DNA from: a virus
Lineage: Duplodnaviria; Heunggongvirae; Uroviricota; Caudoviricetes
Reading direction: 5' to 3' (one strand)
IMG/VR virus record: IMGVR_UViG_2506381017_000002
Length of the DNA stretch: 64,000 bases
Both the position numbers and the translations under genes were made by a program. A model generated the notes under the pieces. That model saw only the letters and a program-made list of their open reading frames with translations. It made no database searches and had not been told where the DNA came from. How positions within the stretch are numbered: the stretch's first letter is position 1; the number at the start of each line of letters is the position of its first letter. Of the stretch, positions 58,427 through 64,000 are shown piece after piece.

Positions 58427-59857
58427 TGTCGTTTCCCCATTCTTATATTAAACGTATGTTCCCTTGTTATAATACACGAACGAATGTTCTTTATCAAGTA
58501 TTATCAGTAAATAGATACATATATCGCTTTATAGTACATTTTTATATTTATGTTCTTAATGCCATATACCCAATTATTCTGATTTATGAAAATATTGCGC
58601 ACCCAAAATAGCCATTTTTTGAAACAAAGAAAATTGCCTCTCGCTTTCATAACAATTATTTTCATAAAATTACTCAAAACTACCCTATTTTGCACCCAAT
58701 AAAATCTTCGAAACTCCCTATGAGGAATTCCTCAATTCACAAACTTTCGACTTCTACACAAACAACATTACTGAATTTAATTATACTTTGTGAATTTTTC
58801 TTCACTAATTCAAGAATTCAATTCTAAATAACTAAAATATGAACAAAAATTGTTATGAAAACATCGTTTTATGCATACCTAACTTATTTACGAAATAATC
58901 TGTCTTATTGTACAAAACTAAAAATTCATCATTCTTAATATTTCGCACCCTACTACTCATGTAACTAACCCTATCGAAACTCCCTATTTTTCATTTTGAT
59001 ATTTTTACTCAAATCACTGAATTTTTAACCAAAAAAAATGAACTAATACCAAATCCTATTTAATAGGATCTAGTAGTACTTTTTTATAATTATTATTCAC
59101 TTGAGACATTCATTAGTACATCTTCGATAATACAAGGGGTTTCAAACATCTAATTCCAGAAAATTTCACAAACTTAAAAAGGGTGCGGGGTATTTTTACT
59201 CTAATAACCTATAATTATATGTTTCGTATTGGTTCATTATTTCCACTCAGACTATTTTTCATAATTCCGCCGCCATCTATCCATTGTAATAGGAAGAAAA
59301 CCTCTATTTTCTATCACTGCTTTTATTGTCGCTTGTGAAGTCATCAAAAAATGCTGTTTCATTTTTATGTAACTATTCTCGCCTTCTTTTTCTCTTTAAA
59401 CACAGCCAAACACCAACGTAGAATGGAGTTAACGGGTCATAAATCAAAATTACATTAATTTATCTAAATCAGCTCTTAGCCCCATTATTCATTGTTCGTT
59501 TTGATTATTTATGAGCAATAATTATGTAGGTCAATTATTAAAACAGCTATTCCACAAGTTCCTTTAAATAAAAAACAGCGACAGTAAATACCACCGCTGA
59601 AATAATTACGGATTACTTACATAACCACTTACTAATCTTTTTAATTAAATGTTTAACGTGCTTATTAGGCACAATCAATATTATTAGACACCAATGCGTC
59701 ATAAAGGAGTTGCCTCCTTTCTGCACTAGTCGGGTTTCCTAAGCCCGCTCAAATGTGCCTAATTATTGTATCATATTTATTTTATGCTATAATATAGTTA
59801 TCAATATTATTAGGCCGTGTGATGTGGGTGCTTCCTAGCTCACGCATTGGTTTAACG

Positions 59858-59935
59858 TGGGGCGCCCTGATAGGCGCTCTTTTTTTTATTTAAAATAAAA
59901 GCCACAGTAACTAGTTTATCTGTTACTGTGGCTTT
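59858..59935. terminator. two consecutive rho-independent terminators
   Basis: GGGCGCC-CTGATA-GGCGCTC plus T8, then GCCACAGTAAC-loop-GTTACTGTGGC plus TTTT. Confidence 0.5.
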
Positions 59936-59997
59936 TCACATTTTATATTACTTTATATGTTTAATTCCGATTAAATCATATATAATCAGATTAAGTA

Positions 59998-60387
59998 TTA
60001 CGATAACATGTCTAAATTAGGCCTGTTTTTCAATTTAGAACTCAAAGAACTGTCATCAGTTTTAGAGTCATTATCGTTTTTCTTATTTCCAATTCTTGTC
60101 CTTAATTTGCGCTTGGGCTTTTCTTCAACATCGACATCATCATTCTCTTCTACCGACGTCTTTTCTTCTAGTTTTGAAACTGAGTTAATAGTACCTAACT
60201 GTCCATCTAAGCTTGCACTATCTAAAATAGCTTGGATAAGATCACCAGTTCCATATTTCCTAACTACCATTTCTAATGCCCTAATAGCAGCCGGAGAAAA
60301 TTGTGACTGGTTTTTAGACCATTCTGCAACTTTTGAATCCTCGGGAATAAGGATAGTTTTTCTAATCATTTTCGCCATAAAAATCAC
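59998..60387 (-). CDS. putative ParR-like centromere-binding adaptor (type II partition)
   Basis: Immediately downstream of the actin-like ATPase; N-terminal basic ribbon-helix-helix-like segment and acidic/Ser-rich tail. Confidence 0.4.
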   Translation of the reverse strand: MIFMAKMIRKTILIPEDSKVAEWSKNQSQFSPAAIRALEMVVRKYGTGDLIQAILDSASLDGQLGTINSVSKLEEKTSVEENDDVDVEEKPKRKLRTRIGNKKNDNDSKTDDSSLSSKLKNRPNLDMLS

Positions 60388-60392
60388 ACTCT

Positions 60393-61604
60393 CTATAAGG
60401 CTTCAACAATTACTTGTAATCCTAATTCATTTAAATATTGTGCATATTCCTTATCAATCCAAATTACTGGAACATCATATCCACCACTGAAGCTCTTAAG
60501 TTTTTCGTTCAATACTTCGCGAAGATTACTCTCATCTAGCATTGGAATGGAACCACCACCATATACGTAAACAAGTTCAGTATCCTTAGCGATACGCATT
60601 GTTTGACTAACTGTATCGATAATCTTGTCAGCTAATGGTTCTAATTGGTCGTAAACAACTTGACGTACTTTATCTTGGCGAGCTCGACGCAATGGACTGA
60701 CCTTTTCAGATAAGAAACTCTGTAATTGTGAACGTTCCTCAAAATTCATTTGTTGATCTTGAAGAACACGCACTGCATCTTGTAATACATTTCCGTATCC
60801 TTGTGGTAACGAAGCTGATGCTGCTGGATTAGCTTTACCGTTAATAATTGCTACTACATCAGTAGTCCCTTCTCCGATATCAATTCCAAGTACATTTCGT
60901 GAATTAATAAGGTCGTCAGCTCCAACTTCATCCTTCATTTCTGAATAGTTCTTATCAAAGTCTTCCTTAATTTTATCTGTTAATCCATCATAATCGGAGG
61001 AAATAAGCATTTGGGCTGTTTCACCTTCTAATGCAACATATACTTTATTAAATTCAATGGTTACATTAATTGGATCCTTAAAGTTATGGAAAGTTACTGT
61101 ATGCGTACTACCCATGTAACGTTCTTTGTAACGATCTTTTGCATTATTAACCTTACCTTCTGAAATAGGTAACGCAGTCGCCATATTAACTTTTACCTTT
61201 AGAGTCTCCTTTAAGTCTTGTCCAGCTTCATATGCTTCTTTTACTTTCTTTCCAGCTATCAAACTTAAAGTAAGAATAATTGCTAAATCTGTTTCTGATT
61301 TACCAGTAAAGTCATTAACATCAAAAGCCCTCATAGATAGACCACTGTCGATCGCAGCATTACCAATTAAAAATCTTCCAGAGGTTTTTACTGCATTACT
61401 TGACACACTAACGTCCATGTTATTAAGAAAGTTCTTCATATATGTATCTTGATCTTGTTTAGAATCAAATTCCATAGGAGCTTGTACATCTTGTGGACGT
61501 TCTGCTGCTATAACTGACGGAAACTTAATATTTTCACCATCAACATTTGCTTTTACAGAACCATATCCCAAATCATTTGCAACCTTCATAATCTTCTCAA
61601 CCAT
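60393..61604 (-). CDS. actin-like ATPase (ParM/Alp-family segregation protein)
   Basis: N-terminal phosphate-1 motif KVANDLGYGSVKA, later VLGIDIGEGTTDV and VYVYGGGS (actin-fold phosphate-2/adenosine motifs); 403 aa. Confidence 0.65.
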   Translation of the reverse strand: MVEKIMKVANDLGYGSVKANVDGENIKFPSVIAAERPQDVQAPMEFDSKQDQDTYMKNFLNNMDVSVSSNAVKTSGRFLIGNAAIDSGLSMRAFDVNDFTGKSETDLAIILTLSLIAGKKVKEAYEAGQDLKETLKVKVNMATALPISEGKVNNAKDRYKERYMGSTHTVTFHNFKDPINVTIEFNKVYVALEGETAQMLISSDYDGLTDKIKEDFDKNYSEMKDEVGADDLINSRNVLGIDIGEGTTDVVAIINGKANPAASASLPQGYGNVLQDAVRVLQDQQMNFEERSQLQSFLSEKVSPLRRARQDKVRQVVYDQLEPLADKIIDTVSQTMRIAKDTELVYVYGGGSIPMLDESNLREVLNEKLKSFSGGYDVPVIWIDKEYAQYLNELGLQVIVEAL

Positions 61605-61695
61605 TATTTCTACCTCCGATTTATAACATAATCATATTATATCATACTTAATACAAATTTAAGTGTAACTAAATAAGATATTTTATTTTTTTATA

Positions 61696-61704
61696 TGATA
61701 TAAT
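61696..61704 (+). promoter_or_regulatory. extended -10 promoter TGATATAAT (copy 5)
   Basis: Context TTATATGATATAAT in the parM upstream/centromere region; the hairpin AACGCT-TTGGT-AGCGTT at ~61803-61822 lies downstream. Confidence 0.3.
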
Positions 61705-61825
61705 CTTCTTTTTGATTACCACAATGTTAATAATACTATGTATTTAACATAATGTAAATAACATTTAACACTTTTAGAAAGTTTTATGAAGGCAAATAAA
61801 AAACGCTTTGGTAGCGTTTCATAGT

Positions 61826-62155
61826 TTACTTAAGGCTTTTAGACATGTAGTCCTTTTGCTCTAATATATTATACATTCTATCAAATCGAGTTTTTTCACT
61901 CTCGTTTAATTCAGCAATTTCACTCTCAATCATATGTTCGACAACTGCCTTTGCATTTTTTGCAACACCAAGATTAATTAAGGCAGAAACCTTATTACGA
62001 ATATGATTGTCAACACGTATATTAACTGGAAAGGACACTTCTTTATTGTCTGTTAAGATGTCTTCTTTTTTTGTTATCTCCTTGAATGATGGCTTTGCAT
62101 CTACCTCACTATTTTTCAAGGAATTCTTTGATTTAGCTGGCTTTGATATTGCCAT
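61826..62155 (-). CDS. small ParB/ParG-like centromere-binding protein (partner of ParA)
   Basis: 109 aa; overlaps the ParA stop; basic N-terminus and predicted RHH-like C-terminal region. Confidence 0.45.
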   Translation of the reverse strand: MAISKPAKSKNSLKNSEVDAKPSFKEITKKEDILTDNKEVSFPVNIRVDNHIRNKVSALINLGVAKNAKAVVEHMIESEIAELNESEKTRFDRMYNILEQKDYMSKSLK

Positions 62156-62967
62156 TATTCATGTGCCTCCTTAATACGCCCTAAAAGTTCAACTGCAACT
62201 TCTTTATAAACATTGAGAGTTTTTTTGTCCCATGCATCTCTATCTTCTGTAATACCTGTGACGTCATAATTTTTAGCTCTTTCCATAATCCTAATATGAC
62301 TATTAAAAACGTCAGCTCCCCATTCTTCTCTTGATTTTTCCAAAATCAATTGATCGACTTTAGCATTGTCTTTAGATAAAACAGGAACAACTGCTAATAC
62401 TTCTGTGTCAGCAATATACTCATCAATTATGTCGTCTTGAATATATTCAATAAAGTCTTTTGCATCGTCAAAAGCTCTTTGTTGAGTTTGAAGAACAATT
62501 ACTAATTCGTCACAAGCATACAAAGCTGTATCATTTTGTAAACTCAACGTAGGACTAACATCTATAAAAATGTAATCATACTTGTCCTTTATATCACTTA
62601 GCTTATTTTTAAAGGATGCGACACGCTCCTTTTCATTAAGATAAGCATGTTCAAGATATCTAGGATATAGATAAAAATCACTAGCAGTTGGGACAAGATA
62701 AAGATTATCCATTACCTGAACTGTAACATTATCCAAACTTTCATTATCTTTAATAGCGCTCATTAGCGTCTTGTTAAATGATAAAATCTCATCAGACTTT
62801 TGACTCTTTGTCTTTACCATCAATGTTGTCAAATCTGCCTGTGGATCAAAATCAATTAATAATACCTTATTCCCCATTTTTGCCAAACTATACGCTACCA
62901 ATGCAGTGGTCGTTGTCTTACCAACACCACCCTTTTGATTACACATTGAAATTACTTTTGCACTCAT
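62155..62967 (-). CDS. parA: ParA/Soj-family partition ATPase
   Basis: Deviant Walker A MCNQKGGVGKTTTTALVAYSLA; 270 aa. Confidence 0.85.
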   Translation of the reverse strand: MSAKVISMCNQKGGVGKTTTTALVAYSLAKMGNKVLLIDFDPQADLTTLMVKTKSQKSDEILSFNKTLMSAIKDNESLDNVTVQVMDNLYLVPTASDFYLYPRYLEHAYLNEKERVASFKNKLSDIKDKYDYIFIDVSPTLSLQNDTALYACDELVIVLQTQQRAFDDAKDFIEYIQDDIIDEYIADTEVLAVVPVLSKDNAKVDQLILEKSREEWGADVFNSHIRIMERAKNYDVTGITEDRDAWDKKTLNVYKEVAVELLGRIKEAHE

Positions 62968-62979
62968 TTCAATTCCACC

Positions 62980-63700
62980 TCACCTATTTATTAAGTACTA
63001 TAATATCAAACCTTTCGGATTGTGTTAAGTGTAATATGTAATGTATATTATATGAATCGCATAAAACTACACAAAAGTGTTAAATGTGATTTATATAATG
63101 CATAATGTGAAATATATTATTAATTATAAATTATGTATAAAACATATCCCATTATATATAATGTTTTTAATACTATACATAATGGGATATACACGACTTA
63201 TTAATATCTATTGACTTTTTAGGTTTTTGATGGGATTATCTACTTGTAACAACAAACTATCCAAATGTGTTACAGGTGAGAGTTATTTATATGATTGGCT
63301 CACACAAAACAATTTTATATCTGCCCGAAAATAAGTCACTATCAAAGTATATGTTCGTGAGATAGTGTTATTTAAGCGTGATTTAATATGGTTCACGCAA
63401 AATATATTGAACATTATTGTTATATTGCTATTTAAATTCGGGTATGGTATCTTATATTACATACCACAATAAGTGGTATTTTAGGCGAACCAAGTTTGAG
63501 AAGGATTAGGCACCCTTTGATAACTATTACAACTGAATAAAGAGTATAAAAAAAGACCCAACCATTAGGCATTTGGTTAGATCGACAAAAAACTTTTATT
63601 CATATATTGTATGTATTTATAATACCATACTTTGTCGATTAATCAATAGGTTGAGCTTGTTTTCTTATACTCATTTTCAAATAAATGATTAGGAGAAAAA
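62980..63700. repeat. AT-rich centromere/origin-like region with inverted and direct repeats
   Basis: ATATCCCATTATAT ... ATAATGGGATAT inverted repeat at ~63143-63195, and GTGTTAA(G/A)TGT(A/G)AT direct repeats at ~63023 and ~63078. Confidence 0.45.
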
Positions 63701-63703
63701 CAA

Positions 63704-64000
63704 TGAATAACCAAAAAGCATTTCTAGGTATCAACCTAGATTTACTCGAAAATCCCAAATATAAGAATCTAGACTCCCGTGCAATGATGTTGTACGCTCT
63801 TTACGCTGACCGCTATTCTGCATCAATGAATAACGCTCGTTTAGGGAATACTGCATTCGTTGATGATATGGGAGTTTTTATTCGTTTTACTAATGAATTA
63901 GCTGCCAAGGTACTTCACACAACAGCCAAAATGATTAGTAAATTTCGTAAGCAATTAGAATCAGAGAATTTAATTAAGATTGTTCGTGAAGGACTTAAGG
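63704..64000 (+). CDS. replication initiator / replisome organizer (RepA_N-type wHTH), 5' partial
   Basis: AGGAG RBS; FLGINLDLLENPKYKNLDSRAMMLYALYADRYSAS...GNTAFVDDMGVFIRFTNELAAKVLHTTAKMISKFRKQLESENLIKIVREG matches the RepA_N / phage replisome-organizer N-terminal pattern. Truncated by the window end. Confidence 0.7.

Noticed and set aside
58504-58695. 63 aa minus ORF in the G-depleted tract
   Set aside because: No RBS; biased composition from the skewed tract makes open frames likely by chance.
60008-63041. Plus ORFs 60008-60490 and 62778-63041
   Set aside because: Antisense to the ParR-like/ParM and ParA genes.
1-64000. CRISPR arrays, rRNA genes, IS/transposase genes
   Set aside because: I looked for regularly spaced direct repeats, rRNA-like conserved blocks and transposase motifs (DDE, HTH plus terminal inverted repeats) and found none. 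The only repeat arrays are the promoter/operator palindromes and the GT-rich degenerate tract.

Overview
The window is AT-rich and densely packed with many short ORFs, consistent with a large phage or phage-plasmid of a low-GC Gram-positive (Lactobacillus-like) host. The annotation below follows the window from left to right.

**1-11.5 kb (plus strand).** A C5-cytosine DNA methyltransferase, tandem zinc-ribbon paralogs, a Prs-like plus NadV/NAMPT-like NAD reconstitution pair, a PgpA/YutG-like protein, thymidine kinase, and a secreted LysM plus transglycosylase-like protein.

**11.5-16.5 kb.** A gene-poor islet with higher local GC. It holds a short tyrosine recombinase flanked by inverted-repeat operators, and several tiny promoter-terminator units sharing an ATGATATAAT extended -10 motif. 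These units look like small RNAs or small-peptide genes.

**16.6-25.8 kb (minus strand).** Small ORFs including nucleoside 2-deoxyribosyltransferase, deoxynucleoside kinase, and a tandemly duplicated two-gene module.

**25.9-29.6 kb.** An ORF-free minus-strand tRNA array. Three tRNAs are verified (Met-CAT, Arg-TCT, and a long-variable-arm tRNA with anticodon CCA). Several further tRNA-like elements could not be folded canonically, and a ~1.3 kb stretch looks structured but unexplained.

**29.7-45.8 kb (minus strand).** Glutaredoxin-like protein, PnuC-like transporter, a band-7 (SPFH) gene split at an A6 run, RecD-like helicase, DnaB-like helicase, Mre11/SbcD-like phosphoesterase, RecA-fold ATPase, dNMP kinase, and two recombinase-like genes.

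**46-54 kb.** Secreted and membrane proteins, an orphan MazF/PemK-like toxin, an AbrB-type antitoxin plus Doc toxin pair, a short DnaN-like sliding clamp, and small hypotheticals.

**54.2-60 kb.** Mostly noncoding. It contains six copies of a TTATAAC-N7-GTTATAA promoter/operator palindrome, inverted paralogous small basic proteins, and a ~650 bp cytosine-depleted GT-rich tract followed by a G-depleted tract.

**60-64 kb.** A plasmid-like maintenance module: actin-like ParM plus putative ParR, ParA plus a small ParB/ParG-like protein, centromere-like inverted repeats, and the 5' end of a RepA_N-type replication initiator.

All calls rest on reading motifs by eye. No database searches or fold computations were run.
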